From a virus (Duplodnaviria; Caudoviricetes), in the IMG/VR virus record IMGVR_UViG_3300037782_000160, positions 1-45,356 of that record: a DNA stretch of 45,356 nucleotides; one strand, 5' to 3'. The notes under the pieces were generated by a model. It did not search any database. It was not told the DNA's origin and saw only the letters and a program-made list of their open reading frames with translations. Each line of letters opens with the position of its first letter. The first letter of the stretch is position 1. Position numbers and translations under genes: made by a program. Shown in pieces: positions 1-8,998 of this stretch.

Positions 1-1056
1 GTGCTCGACCTTATCTCTGAGGCGCAGCTTGTGCTGCTTATAGGGCTTGTGGGTGGTGTCGTCCTGGGCCTTGCGGCGCGGCTGGGCCAATTCTGTACGC
101 TCGGCATGATCGAAGACGTGCACTATGGCGATGACCGGGGCCGCCTCTGGATGTGGGTGGTGGCGCTGGGCGTTGCTATGCTGGCCAATTTTGGCGCGAG
201 CGCCGCGGGTCTCATTGACCTGGGCCAGACGATCTACCTATCGAACCGGTATTCGGTTTTCGGCGCGGTCCTTGGTGGCCTCTTGTTCGGCTATGGCATG
301 GCCCAGGCCGGCAATTGCGGCTACGGCATGCTCGCCCGGCTTGGCGGCGGTGACCTGCGTGCTCTGATGATTGCGCTGGTGATGGGCGTCGCAGCCTATG
401 TGACGATCAGCGGGCTCTTCAGCCCGGTCCGCGCCACGCTCTTTCCAACCATTCCGGAGCCCGATACGGCAACCGGCTATGCCCATATCCTGTCGGGCAC
501 CTTCGGTGTCTCGCCTGCGGCGATTGGGGGCGTGATCGGCGCAGTCTTGGTCGTGGCCGCGCTGCGATGGATCGGACCGAGAGACCGCCTTCTGCGCTTG
601 TTCTGGGGCGCTATGGTGGGCCTCGCGATCAGTTCGGGTTTTGTGGGAACCTATTGGGTCGCCACCCATGGGTTCGAAGCGCTACGGATCGGCTCCCACA
701 CCTTCACCGCGCCGATTGGCGACGCCATCCGTTACGTGATGTTCTCCACAGTCCTGGCGCCGAGTTTTGGGATCGGGTCCGTGCTTGGCGTGGTGATGGG
801 TGGCTTCATCGGCAGTGTGATCCGCGACGGGTTCCGATGGGAAGCCTGCGAAGACCCGCGGGAGTTGAAACGCCAGCTGGCAGGCGGCGCGCTCATGGGC
901 GTCGGCGCTGTCCTCGCGGCTGGGTGCAGTGTGGGGCAGGGGTTGTCAGCCCTGTCCCTTCTTTCGATCACGGCCCCACTGGTAGCGGCCTCGATCTGGG
1001 TCGGAGCCTGGCTTGGACTTCGCCATTTGATTGTTGGGTTGGTTTCAGCCAATTGA
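1..1056 (+). CDS. YeeE/YedE family sulfur (thiosulfate) transporter, host gene
   Basis: Multi-pass membrane protein with the three YeeE Cys motifs (RLGQFC, GNCGYG, AGCSVG). Confidence 0.9.
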   Translation: MLDLISEAQLVLLIGLVGGVVLGLAARLGQFCTLGMIEDVHYGDDRGRLWMWVVALGVAMLANFGASAAGLIDLGQTIYLSNRYSVFGAVLGGLLFGYGMAQAGNCGYGMLARLGGGDLRALMIALVMGVAAYVTISGLFSPVRATLFPTIPEPDTATGYAHILSGTFGVSPAAIGGVIGAVLVVAALRWIGPRDRLLRLFWGAMVGLAISSGFVGTYWVATHGFEALRIGSHTFTAPIGDAIRYVMFSTVLAPSFGIGSVLGVVMGGFIGSVIRDGFRWEACEDPRELKRQLAGGALMGVGAVLAAGCSVGQGLSALSLLSITAPLVAASIWVGAWLGLRHLIVGLVSAN

Positions 1057-1259
1057 GGCGTGTCAAAAATGTTGCCAACGGATACGACGTCGAAATCCGC
1101 AAACGCTCTTTTGATTGAGAGAGCCTGTGGGTGAGCACCATCGGGTCTGTGAGCTTGCTCGACACCTTGTCACAATGGTGCAGTTTTATGCGTTGCATCC
1201 GCATGGTTTTGGTTGCTATATCCGCGCCACGTTCTGAGAATGAGACCGAGGAACGGTTT

Positions 1260-1335
1260 GCCCCTATAGCTCAGCTGGTAGAGCATCTGATTTGTAATCA
1301 GAGGGTCCGCGGTTCGAGTCCGTGTGGGGGCACCA
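1260..1335 (+). tRNA. tRNA-Thr(TGT); prophage integration target (attL core at its 3' end)
   Basis: 76 nt GCCCCTATAGCTCAGCTGGTAGAGC...TCTGA-TTTGTAA-TCAGA...GGTTCGAGTCC...GGGGGCACCA; cloverleaf, TGT anticodon, encoded CCA. Confidence 0.97.
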
Positions 1336-1374
1336 TAAAAATAAGGCAAATACTGAGTCATTGTCATTCTGGTC

Positions 1375-1407
1375 TGATCATAGGGTGATCAAAGGGTGAT
1401 CATGAGT
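1375..1407. repeat. Three tandem 11-bp repeats, likely integrase arm-type binding sites
   Basis: TGATCATAGGG TGATCAAAGGG TGATCATGAGT, 40 bp from the att core. Confidence 0.65.
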
Positions 1408-2596
1408 GCGCCGCGCGGAGTTCTACCACGCGATTCAGGTCTTTCGATCGGCCGCGGATATAGCGGCTGGTCGTGTTGAGATTCTGGTGTTGGGCAGCGT
1501 TGCGGATCTGCATCGGCGTAACCCCCTCAATCTGCGAAGCTTCTGTCAGAGCACCGGCCCGAGTGTCCATGAGCCAGACATTCCTATCGACGCCAGCCCG
1601 TTTCCGAAGGCGCCTCCAAGCCTGGTTCCAACCGGATTTGGTGTAAGGCACCCCAGATCGCGGCGAGATAGTCACTGGCCCGCAGCGCTGGTCTTCCGGC
1701 AGGCATTCAAACAGGCGAATGATCCGGGCCCGAAGATCCGGTAGCAACGTGAGATCGAAGGTGTGAGGCTCCGGCAGGCTGCGACGGGTTTTCGAGATCA
1801 CCTTTGTGAAGGAACTCAGATCCTCGTTGAAGTGCTCCCACTCGATCCCGCGCTCCCAGACGCCATCAAAGTAATCACCGCGTACATCGATTGCGCGAAG
1901 CTGATACCAGTATTGGATCAGGAGCCCGATCGCGAACACGTCCATATCGTCTTTGTCCGCCTCGGCCACGATGGCGAATACTTGATCTCGGGTGGCGATC
2001 TGTGTCCTAGCGGCCGGCTTTTCGATACGCATGTTCGAGCGGATCTCTTTGACCCGGGCTGCACCTGGCGCGTCGATTAAGACCCCATGTGTTGCCAAGC
2101 GGCTGAGCGTGCTGAACCAACGATGGATGTGATCCTTCGATCGGCCCTTCGCTTCCTTCATCGACTTGATCGTCATCAGCATCTCATAGTTCGTATCGCT
2201 GATCTTGATCGGCCCGATGGCCTCATCGACTAGGACGAGCTGCTGATCATAGCCAATTCGCGTGTTTGCCTGGACCTCGTGATAGCGCGAGAACGGATCT
2301 GACTTGTATCGGCCGATCAACCAATGCCATGTGCCTGGTTCAGTTTTCGGCGCGTCGGCACCATCATACCAGCGCAGCATTTCGCGCGTCATGTCACGCG
2401 CCTGCATGGCCCATTCTGCCGGTACTTGATCACCTCGTTGACCAGTTCCCAGAAGACGGCTCTTGATCTGATATCCCGCTTTCACATAGCGGGCCGGTGC
2501 CTTCCAATATAGAAACCGGCCGCCATTCCCGCCCCATGTCGTGCACGGCGCGTAATGGGGATCGGATTCATCCCATAGTGCTTCCTTAAAGCGCAT
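1400..2596 (-). CDS. int: Tyrosine recombinase (phage integrase)
   Basis: LRAIDV (catalytic R), MDTRAG (HxxR-equivalent), AQHQNLNTTSRY (H and catalytic Y); adjacent to tRNA. Confidence 0.9.
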   Translation of the reverse strand: MRFKEALWDESDPHYAPCTTWGGNGGRFLYWKAPARYVKAGYQIKSRLLGTGQRGDQVPAEWAMQARDMTREMLRWYDGADAPKTEPGTWHWLIGRYKSDPFSRYHEVQANTRIGYDQQLVLVDEAIGPIKISDTNYEMLMTIKSMKEAKGRSKDHIHRWFSTLSRLATHGVLIDAPGAARVKEIRSNMRIEKPAARTQIATRDQVFAIVAEADKDDMDVFAIGLLIQYWYQLRAIDVRGDYFDGVWERGIEWEHFNEDLSSFTKVISKTRRSLPEPHTFDLTLLPDLRARIIRLFECLPEDQRCGPVTISPRSGVPYTKSGWNQAWRRLRKRAGVDRNVWLMDTRAGALTEASQIEGVTPMQIRNAAQHQNLNTTSRYIRGRSKDLNRVVELRAAHS

Positions 2597-2864
2597 TTGT
2601 GTTGATCCTTGCTGTTGGAGTTGTGGTGGTTTGTGTCGCGGAGCCGTCTGACTTCTGGCGCCGCGCTTCTATCCAAGCATCAACATCGGCCTTGATGTAA
2701 AGGCCAAGGACACGATCAGCGGTCGGAAATCCCGCCGCTTCCAGAGACTCGCGGTTCTTGATGAACCAATCGTAGGCACGCCCCAACCGCACCGCGACCC
2801 ACCGTTTGGAGGCCATTTTCGACGTGCGGTCGAACGTGCGGTCCTGGTCGGGGAGTGCGGTCAT
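2586..2864 (-). CDS. Probable excisionase / AlpA-like DNA-binding protein
   Basis: Winged-HTH-like (VAVRLGR...GFP...YIKADVDAWIE); overlaps the int start. Confidence 0.7.
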   Translation of the reverse strand: MTALPDQDRTFDRTSKMASKRWVAVRLGRAYDWFIKNRESLEAAGFPTADRVLGLYIKADVDAWIEARRQKSDGSATQTTTTPTARINTNAL

Positions 2865-2867
2865 CTT

Positions 2868-3098
2868 TCAAAACCCTTGATTATCCGAGACGCGTTCGGT
2901 GAGCCCCCATCCGACGATCGAACTCCAAGCACCAACAAAGTACGCTTTGTAATCCTCGCGCATCGCCGTCTTGACGTAGGCCGGCACGATAGCGTCGGGC
3001 ACTTCGGTCACATGTTTCCGTTCCCGGTCGTACATCAGCCATGGTTGATCGGGATCGTTGGTCATTATCGGGCGCTGAACTTTGACGATCTGTGTCAT
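2868..3098 (-). CDS. Hypothetical phage protein (76 aa)
   Basis: Start reassigned to MTQIVKV; ATGA overlap with upstream gene and GGAGAG RBS. Confidence 0.7.
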   Translation of the reverse strand: MTQIVKVQRPIMTNDPDQPWLMYDRERKHVTEVPDAIVPAYVKTAMREDYKAYFVGAWSSIVGWGLTERVSDNQGF

Positions 3099-3469
3099 AT
3101 CATCTCTCCATCGGGCACAAGGATCACCTCGTCGCGCGTGAGGAGGGTGATCGTCTCCATCGTGGCGTTGAGGTATCTGAGGTAGAGAACCGCAGGGTAG
3201 GTCTCTGCGATCCAGTCGATCCGCACGTCCACATGATCCACGAGGTTGTGGCAGTGCAGGCAGCCGGCCACCGCGGCAAAGTCCGTGACCTTCGTGCTGG
3301 TGCCTTTGCCATTGACCGGCAGGTGGACACCAACGACTGTATCTTGAGACGCGCAGCGATGACCCGGGATAATGCTTGAGATGCGCAGGGTGCACGGATA
3401 GTGCTTCATCTGCGCCATCAGGGCCTCGGACCGGAGTTTCGGCAAAAGGTGTGGGCGATAGTCAAGCAT
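3095..3469 (-). CDS. DUF1364/YbcO-like Zn-binding nuclease-domain protein
   Basis: CTLRI...C...HL...KG...K..D....GCLHCHNLVD pattern. Confidence 0.75.
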   Translation of the reverse strand: MLDYRPHLLPKLRSEALMAQMKHYPCTLRISSIIPGHRCASQDTVVGVHLPVNGKGTSTKVTDFAAVAGCLHCHNLVDHVDVRIDWIAETYPAVLYLRYLNATMETITLLTRDEVILVPDGEMI

Positions 3470-3689
3470 GAGGTGTCCTCACCAGCGAAAGACGGGGCAT
3501 CGGAGCCCAGAGAACCATTGGCCTCTTCATCGAACTGTGCGAGTAGCGTGGACGGAAACCGCGTACCGATCGTTTCGAGATCGGATTGGCCAAATAGTAA
3601 GCAACGGCCATTACGCCATCGTCATGAACGACAAGGAACGGTTTGCCATCTGTTGGGGCGGTGTTCATTGGTTGGAGATCAATCTGCAC
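3462..3689 (-). CDS. Hypothetical phage protein
   Basis: QPMNTAPTDG motif common in phage small proteins; coupled operon. Confidence 0.6.
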   Translation of the reverse strand: MQIDLQPMNTAPTDGKPFLVVHDDGVMAVAYYLANPISKRSVRGFRPRYSHSSMKRPMVLWAPMPRLSLVRTPHA

Positions 3690-3894
3690 GGGTGCTCTCC
3701 TCGAAACCCTGCCTGATGAACTCGGCCGGTGTCATCGTTGTTAGACGTCTGAACCGCTCACGGTATGTGCTTTCGCCCATTCCCAATCGATCTGCGGCTT
3801 CATTGATTTTGCCGCCCGAGAGTGTCAGCGCCTCCTCTAGAATCGCTTGTTTCTCATCGGTCTGACGGCGCGTCATTTCAGCCCAGGTCTCCAT
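3679..3894 (-). CDS. Fis-type HTH protein
   Basis: EKQAILEEALTLSGGKINEAADRLGMGESTYRER matches the Fis/NtrC C-terminal HTH. Confidence 0.75.
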   Translation of the reverse strand: METWAEMTRRQTDEKQAILEEALTLSGGKINEAADRLGMGESTYRERFRRLTTMTPAEFIRQGFEESTRAD

Positions 3895-4205
3895 CACGAA
3901 ACCCCGCCGCCCAACCCGCAATACCCTCGCTCGTGGTGGCCAGGGATTGAGTATAGCGATGGATCGGCAGCGACACGCGCAACGGCCGCCTTGTGCAGCG
4001 CAGCTTTGCCCTTACCAGTTGCCTTGTGCATCTCCTCGATCTCTCGTGCCACGGCGCTCTTGAAGGCCGGATCGTCTGCCATCAGAGGGAGGAAGCGCCA
4101 AGCCGCGCATTTCGGTCCTCGACACATCTTTGACGGGTCTGCAAAGGTGCGCGCGACGGGGCATTCCCAGGTTTTTGCGGCGTCTTCTGGCGTTAGGCTA
4201 TGCAT
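3894..4205 (-). CDS. Hypothetical Cys-rich phage protein
   Basis: WECP...CRGPKCAAWR...GYCGLGG motif; coupled to recT. Confidence 0.7.
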   Translation of the reverse strand: MHSLTPEDAAKTWECPVARTFADPSKMCRGPKCAAWRFLPLMADDPAFKSAVAREIEEMHKATGKGKAALHKAAVARVAADPSLYSIPGHHERGYCGLGGGVS

Positions 4206-5241
4206 CAGGTTCATCCTCCGCATCGCGTTCTGCCTTCCAGCCAGCCGCCCAATTCATCCACTCGGGGGTTCCGGGCCCGTGCGGGCAATCATTCAGCGAC
4301 TTGTCATTCTTCGCAGCGGTGGTGCCCTCAGCGTACTCTAGCGAGTTTTGATCAATCTCCGGCGCTTCTTTCTGATCCTGTTCGGGTTCTAGGATCTCGC
4401 CGCTGACAGGCTTGGGCTTGTCCTGATCCTCGATTGCTTGAGCGAGGTTCCGGCGGCTGGATTGAGGTTCTTCTGGGGTCACGTCGCGGATCTGCGGGGG
4501 CTCATCGTCCATCGTAATGTGGCGCATGTCCTCGGCGGACAGATCAAGGCGCTTGGTCAAACGGCGGATTACCGTCTTGTGCGCCATCTGTTCATAGTGA
4601 TCCTTCCAAATGCCAATGGGTTTGTCGGAAGGGTCGTACCTATCGTTGCCCCCCTTCACCCTTTGGCTTGCGGCCATCTTTCGGATCTTTTCGATTTCCA
4701 AGATGTCCATGAACTGGCGGACAACCGTTCCATCCTTAAGCTTGGCGATGGCGTAGTACGCGATTGCGTCGCCCTTTTCGCCAAACAGAATTGGGCGGTG
4801 CTCAAGTTTTTCATCGTCACCCACCACATACACGAAGCGGCCCTCGTCGTACTCTTTCTGGTAAACCGTGTGAGCTCGAATGTCGGTAACGTCGCCGGAT
4901 CGCCGCGCCATTTTGATCAACCCGAACACCATCGGCATGGCTTGGCATTTTTTGACGTAGCGGCCGTTTTCGCGGGTGTTGAAGGGAACCATAGCAGCCT
5001 CACGGCCATCAGGCACAAGCCCGGCCGCCGCCAGCTTCCTGATGGACTTGAACACGCTCTCAGGCTCGCAATCCATGATCTGTGGATTATCCTGCACCGC
5101 TACTATGGCCGCGTTGCGGAAAGCGTCAGGCGCGACGTTCGATGGCAGGGCCAAATCCTTGCTCTCGACCAGCTTTGAGAGCGTGCCCTTGAATTCGACA
5201 AGCTTCTGTTGGCGTTGCTGTGAAATCGTCATGTCATTCAT
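4198..5241 (-). CDS. recT: RecT family ssDNA annealing protein
   Basis: CEPESVF...AAAGLVPDG..A..VPF, GLIKMARRSG, W..HYEQMAHKTVIRRL motifs. Confidence 0.92.
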   Translation of the reverse strand: MNDMTISQQRQQKLVEFKGTLSKLVESKDLALPSNVAPDAFRNAAIVAVQDNPQIMDCEPESVFKSIRKLAAAGLVPDGREAAMVPFNTRENGRYVKKCQAMPMVFGLIKMARRSGDVTDIRAHTVYQKEYDEGRFVYVVGDDEKLEHRPILFGEKGDAIAYYAIAKLKDGTVVRQFMDILEIEKIRKMAASQRVKGGNDRYDPSDKPIGIWKDHYEQMAHKTVIRRLTKRLDLSAEDMRHITMDDEPPQIRDVTPEEPQSSRRNLAQAIEDQDKPKPVSGEILEPEQDQKEAPEIDQNSLEYAEGTTAAKNDKSLNDCPHGPGTPEWMNWAAGWKAERDAEDEPDA

Positions 5242-5417
5242 TGGCTTGCCTCAAGTTCAGTTGGCGTTTTTCCGGTTGTCTCGGTTCGTTCCGCGGTGCT
5301 TGCGACCCCTGCACGGTCCATGTTCTGAGGGCCCGGCTGCACTCCACAACGACGACAGGAGAAGACTCCCGCCCTTCGCCTCGTGATCCGCTTGGCTCCG
5401 CATTTTCTACAGTTCAT
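5238..5417 (-). CDS. Small Zn-ribbon protein (59 aa, not in ORF track)
   Basis: Manual translation MNCRKCGAKRITRRRAGVFSCRRCGVQ...; GAGGG RBS; ATGA overlap with recT. Confidence 0.7.
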   Translation of the reverse strand: MNCRKCGAKRITRRRAGVFSCRRCGVQPGPQNMDRAGVASTAERTETTGKTPTELEASQ

Positions 5418-5424
5418 GACGGCC

Positions 5425-5598
5425 CTCTGATCTTGTTGAGCGGGTTAACCAGACACGCACTTCGCCCTAGAGCCCCACGTGCTTTGATGTCTGGTTAACC
5501 CCGATCGCAGAGAGATCTTTTTTCCCTCAAGAATAGGTTCCGCATGGAACCTATAGACAGCGCTCCTATGGGGCTTAGGCACTAGGTCACACTGTCTA
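5425..5598 (-). ncRNA. Structured intergenic RNA element: three hairpins with loop-loop complementarity
   Basis: 14-bp perfect stem 5442-5455/5488-5501, 9-bp stem 5533-5554, stem 5554-5598; loops 5466-5477 and 5569-5579 are complementary. Confidence 0.55.
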
Positions 5599-6015
5599 TT
5601 CGGTGACATCCTCCCCATCGGTTTGGTGGGCGATTGCAAGCTGATCGACCATCTCTTCGTGGTCCTTGAAGAGTGCGTCGCGCAGTTCTTTCTTCTTACG
5701 GCGACGCTCGGCAGATTGAACCGCGCTGATCGCTTCGCTTTCCTGATCGAGAACGTGATCGAAGGCATCTTTGTCGATGCGCTGAACAATCCACGTGATC
5801 TCGCCGTGAGTGTCGAAGTTGATCTCAACATCCACATCCGTGACCTTGAACACCGTCATCGCGTGGCGAGTGCCGCTTTGCACAACAACGAGATCGTCCT
5901 TCCTGATCGTCGGGTCGAAGGTCTTGAAGATGTGGCGTTTGCCACCCTCTTCGTACTCGCCCTCAATCGCGCGAACCTCATCGTTAATGAGAAAGACAAT
6001 ATGGGAGTTTTGCAT
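5596..6015 (-). CDS. Hypothetical phage protein
   Basis: 139-aa ORF with AAAGG RBS, in operon with recE. Confidence 0.75.
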   Translation of the reverse strand: MQNSHIVFLINDEVRAIEGEYEEGGKRHIFKTFDPTIRKDDLVVVQSGTRHAMTVFKVTDVDVEINFDTHGEITWIVQRIDKDAFDHVLDQESEAISAVQSAERRRKKKELRDALFKDHEEMVDQLAIAHQTDGEDVTE

Positions 6016-6021
6016 GGGTCG

Positions 6022-7008
6022 TTACCTTTCAATGCTTGGGAGTTCGCCATTGATTTGCATCTCGCCTAAGCGGTGCATCTGACTGTCGGGGAGAGTGTAC
6101 GGGAGGACGTCTTCAACCGGCTGCGGCCAGTACCCGGTTTCCATGCACTTCGCGAATGTATCGATCGCGGAGCGGCATTTGACTCGGCCCCAATAGAGCG
6201 CTTCTTCGTCAAGGTGCACCGGCGTGCAGGTATAGGGCGCGGTCGATTGCAGAAGGATCAGCACGCATTCGGCTGCCTCGTGGCCTAACACGACTTGAGC
6301 CCCGATCTGGCCAAGGCCCATCTGCATTGGATACTCGTTGTCTGTGATGGCCTGCTGAACCGCGCGTTTGATGCTCTTGGTGCGCGGGGCGAAGGTCTTT
6401 AGATCCGCGAAGTCGAAGCCATTCGCCGGGATGACATCAATTCGGCTCTTGAGCCAAACGCCGGTCGCGGTGTCTTCCCAAATCAGAGAAACCTCGGTCA
6501 GGTGGCCGGTCAGCGCTTCAACAGCCAGCGGGTTGGCCTTGAGGCTCGCGCTCATCCGAACGATCCGCTCTACCTGTTCGTGCTGTAGGAGCGTGCGGTC
6601 GGCGGCCTTGGCGTCAAACTCTTCCCAGAAGGCGGCACCGGGCGCCGCTGCTTCGCTCCATTCGCCTGTGCGTTCAAATGCGGCGCGTTGCGTCTTCGTG
6701 GGGCGCTGCGGAGCATCAGCCGGGACATAGCAATAGGTCGCGTCGAAATCCTCTTCGCCCAACATCAGCGCGTGGGCGGCCTTGCCAAGCGTCAATGCAT
6801 CGCTCTGGACGGGCGACGGCAGACGGTCCTCGTTAAGATCCGAGGTCATCCAGAAATGGTAGGGGCTTTGCGACCATATCGTGCGAAGACCGCTCGAGCT
6901 GATCGAAGGGCCCGGGCAACAATCCTGGCTGTGGTAGTGCGCCATCGACATACGGTAGACACCGGGGCCGGGTACGCTCTCGCCGTCTGGGATTTCGATG
7001 ATGTTCAT
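6022..7008 (-). CDS. recE: RecE/exonuclease VIII-like PD-(D/E)XK nuclease (DUF3799-like)
   Basis: SISSSGL, LGKAAH, EVSLIW, KSRID, ADLKT, YPMQ motifs; near recT. Confidence 0.88.
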   Translation of the reverse strand: MNIIEIPDGESVPGPGVYRMSMAHYHSQDCCPGPSISSSGLRTIWSQSPYHFWMTSDLNEDRLPSPVQSDALTLGKAAHALMLGEEDFDATYCYVPADAPQRPTKTQRAAFERTGEWSEAAAPGAAFWEEFDAKAADRTLLQHEQVERIVRMSASLKANPLAVEALTGHLTEVSLIWEDTATGVWLKSRIDVIPANGFDFADLKTFAPRTKSIKRAVQQAITDNEYPMQMGLGQIGAQVVLGHEAAECVLILLQSTAPYTCTPVHLDEEALYWGRVKCRSAIDTFAKCMETGYWPQPVEDVLPYTLPDSQMHRLGEMQINGELPSIER

Positions 7009-7058
7009 GGCGGTTTCCGGTTGGCCCGGCGCCGGTCTCCCGACGCCGGTTGGATTGA

Positions 7059-7523
7059 TCAGGCGTCAGTCGTTTGCTTTTCTTGCTTTTCTGCTTCGGC
7101 GCGTCGGATCAAGTCCTCGGCATCTTGCGCTGCAATCTCATCGTCGCTGTAGGGGGTCAGGTACGCAGACGCCGAGAGATACATCCGCACCTTACCGTCA
7201 GTGGCGATGGCGCAGATCCTGCAATCGGCTGGGAGGCGTGCAGACAAGTCGCTCGTTACATCTTTGATCTCGTAGATGTTCGACAGCGGATCGACTGGAG
7301 GTTCAATGTAACCAGAAAAAACGAGCGGCTGGCCGGAGAAACGCGATGTATCTCCCTCGAGTCGTTTCAGCCGAACCGCATCGCCAATGGAGAACTTATT
7401 CGCTTCTTGCAGAAAGACTTCTTCAACCGCAGCCTTGCAAGCATCCACTTGTTCGCGGTGGGTCATCGGTTTCTGACCGGCACCGTCTTCTGAAAGCGCT
7501 TCTATGATAGTTTGGATATCCAC
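7059..7523 (-). CDS. Hypothetical phage protein
   Basis: GAGGAG RBS, GTG start, acidic protein. Confidence 0.7.
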   Translation of the reverse strand: MDIQTIIEALSEDGAGQKPMTHREQVDACKAAVEEVFLQEANKFSIGDAVRLKRLEGDTSRFSGQPLVFSGYIEPPVDPLSNIYEIKDVTSDLSARLPADCRICAIATDGKVRMYLSASAYLTPYSDDEIAAQDAEDLIRRAEAEKQEKQTTDA

Positions 7524-7524
7524 C

Positions 7525-7770
7525 TTATACTCCTCTTGCTGATTGGCGGCGGCAGGAACGAAACATGCCGTCCGGTGAATAGAGTTGTTTGAGTTGCGAT
7601 AGCGTCATCGTGCGGTCGCTATCTTTGATCTCCCGAAGGCCACGGATACGTGGGCCCGTGCCATTTGAGCGGCGGATGCGCTGGCCTCCTCGGCACAAAT
7701 CCGGTGCCTCGCTGGCGAGAACAGGCATCCAGTTACCGAAGGCCGTCATCTGCTCGTAATAAACCGCCAT
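7525..7770 (-). CDS. Hypothetical phage protein
   Basis: Coupled ORF in leftward operon. Confidence 0.6.
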   Translation of the reverse strand: MAVYYEQMTAFGNWMPVLASEAPDLCRGGQRIRRSNGTGPRIRGLREIKDSDRTMTLSQLKQLYSPDGMFRSCRRQSARGV

Positions 7771-8249
7771 CAGCCCACGAGCCTCGTGAAGAGGACGATC
7801 ACCGCCACTGCGAGGGCGTAACTCATCAGGGTCAGGATGATGCTTGCTCGGTATAGCCCTAACGGCGGAACCAAGATTGCACCCCGCTTCTCCATCAGGT
7901 CTTCGTATCGCTTCATCTGCGCCTTGGCGTCGGCCTTTGCTTTATGCGCGACATGAAGCAGGGCGGGCTGGTTTGGCGGGCAGAACGCCTCAATGACGCG
8001 AGCCGCGACAACGACGCGATAAGGCGTCGCAAATGGATCGCTGAGCACTGAACCAGCCCATTTGGTTTGCTCGTCCCTCGTAAGCGGATTGAAGTCCGGA
8101 TACCCGGAAACGAGGATCCGCGAAATGGTGTCGGCAGGGAGAGGCCCATCCGGGCAACTCGCCTCTCCCTGCCTGGTCGCGGCATCGGACCCGTCTACAG
8201 GCAAAACGGCGGCCGCGGTCTCGGTGATGATGTGTGAATAAGCGCGCAT
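7770..8249 (-). CDS. Hypothetical protein with C-terminal transmembrane helix
   Basis: Start reassigned to MRAYSH (TGATG overlap); hydrophobic C-terminus. Confidence 0.6.
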   Translation of the reverse strand: MRAYSHIITETAAAVLPVDGSDAATRQGEASCPDGPLPADTISRILVSGYPDFNPLTRDEQTKWAGSVLSDPFATPYRVVVAARVIEAFCPPNQPALLHVAHKAKADAKAQMKRYEDLMEKRGAILVPPLGLYRASIILTLMSYALAVAVIVLFTRLVG

Positions 8250-8425
8250 CAGGACAGAACTCCGATCCAAAAAGCAGCGATTATGATGGTCGTTGCGATC
8301 CCGGCGATCATCATCAAACCATCTTCCATGCGGCCGCCTAAGTGAGCGCTCCAGCCGCAAGCAAAGAGCAACGCGACACCGATCAAAAGCAGTACGAAAC
8401 TCAGCAAGACGGTGATCATACTCAC
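8249..8425 (-). CDS. Small two-TM membrane protein (56-58 aa, not in ORF track)
   Basis: Manual translation MSMITVLLSFVLLLIGVALLFACGW...LMMIAGIATTIIIAAFWIGVLS; overlaps both neighbours. Confidence 0.65.
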   Translation of the reverse strand: MSMITVLLSFVLLLIGVALLFACGWSAHLGGRMEDGLMMIAGIATTIIIAAFWIGVLS

Positions 8426-8592
8426 ACTCCCATCGCTTCGGTTGGAAGCACCCGCACCGTCTGGCGCCCGCTTCCGTCACAGAAGAAGCACGTGACCCAA
8501 GAGCCATCGCTATCGCGCTGACCGCCACGCCCTTTGCATGGGCGACAGTGTTCGGCATTTGCCTCAGAACGCGGGTTTTCGATGGATTTCAC
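8422..8592 (-). CDS. Small DnaJ-type Zn-finger protein, first gene of PL operon
   Basis: CRPCKGRG...CFFCDGSG; GGAGA RBS before GTG. Confidence 0.6.
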   Translation of the reverse strand: MKSIENPRSEANAEHCRPCKGRGGQRDSDGSWVTCFFCDGSGRQTVRVLPTEAMGV

Positions 8593-8619
8593 TGGTCTTC
8601 TCCGTGTTTCTGGGGAGAA

Positions 8620-8673
8620 GACATATGCCATGAAAGATGGCACGTCAAACAGAAAATGACATAAAAAATGGCA
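8620..8673 (-). promoter_or_regulatory. PL promoter with two repressor operators
   Basis: Minus-strand TTGACG-N17-TATGTC whose spacer is exactly the palindrome TGCCAT-GAAAG-ATGGCA (8626-8642); second site TGACAT-AAAAA-ATGGCA (8657-8673). Confidence 0.8.
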
Positions 8674-8998
8674 AAGCGGTTTTCATGCTTTGTTAATCAA
8701 TGGCGGATTTACCGGACTGGGCGCGGAGGAGTACCGCGTTTCGATTTCCAAGTGCATTGATCGTCTGGAGATGAGACGGCAGGGCAATCGAAGCCCTTGG
8801 AGCACAATCGATCGACGTGGAAGATCGGGCTCCTGCATCCTTAGTTCGAGAGTCAGCGCTAATAAATCCCGAGAAAGCCGCCTGCTGATGCAGGGTCATC
8901 AATCAGTTGTTTTGGAAGGGTTGCAAGGTGAACAGAATCATTGAAGACAGGATCGACGTTCTAATCGATGCTGCGCACGAGACCGGCTTTACCATTGA

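Noticed and set aside
1131-1388. ORFs overlapping the tRNA
   Set aside because: Artefacts of the tRNA-Thr sequence
5445-5500. CtrA boxes suggested by the GTTAAC pairs
   Set aside because: Spacing is not TTAA-N7-TTAA; the two copies are simply the arms of the hairpin
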